Positions 63,991-64,000 of a stretch of DNA of 64,000 nt are shown in pieces. The stretch's first letter is position 1. Each line of letters starts with the position of its first letter. The notes under the pieces were generated by a model that saw only the letters and a list, made by a program, of their open reading frames with translations, was not told the DNA's origin and ran no database searches. The DNA is from Octopus bimaculoides (taxonomy: Eukaryota), in the NCBI RefSeq assembly GCF_001194135.2, contig NC_068984.1, positions 19,651,062 through 19,715,061 of the forward strand. The letters run 5' to 3'. Both the position numbers and the translations under genes were made by a program.

Positions 63991-64000
63991 TCCATGAAAC

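Overview
AT-rich, microsatellite- and SINE-saturated animal genomic DNA. The repeat families and the short-read-style N gaps beside microsatellites suggest an Octopus genome (inference, no database search). The only host gene I can support is the middle of a giant spectrin-repeat gene on the minus strand, most likely nesprin-1/Msp300 (SYNE1-like). I spliced 16 GT-AG exons (51505 down to 6068) by hand into one open frame of 4332 nt (1444 aa, about 13.5 spectrin repeats); both ends of the gene lie outside the window. Nearly every intron is phase 0 and most fall at the same position of the ~107-aa repeat. The introns hold at least four SINE families, several MITE types, an internally deleted hAT element, and Penelope, RTE, CR1 and HERO-like remnants. 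They also hold R4/Dong-like retrotransposons sitting in (TAA)n and (CATA)n microsatellites. The most unusual object is a ~350-bp element at 54489-54836: a tRNA-like Pol III head, a minimal hammerhead-ribozyme-like motif, a head-to-head inverted partial copy and a perfect 16-bp target-site duplication. It looks like a Penelope-mobilised, ribozyme-carrying SINE. Repeat boundaries are approximate unless TSDs or TIRs are quoted.
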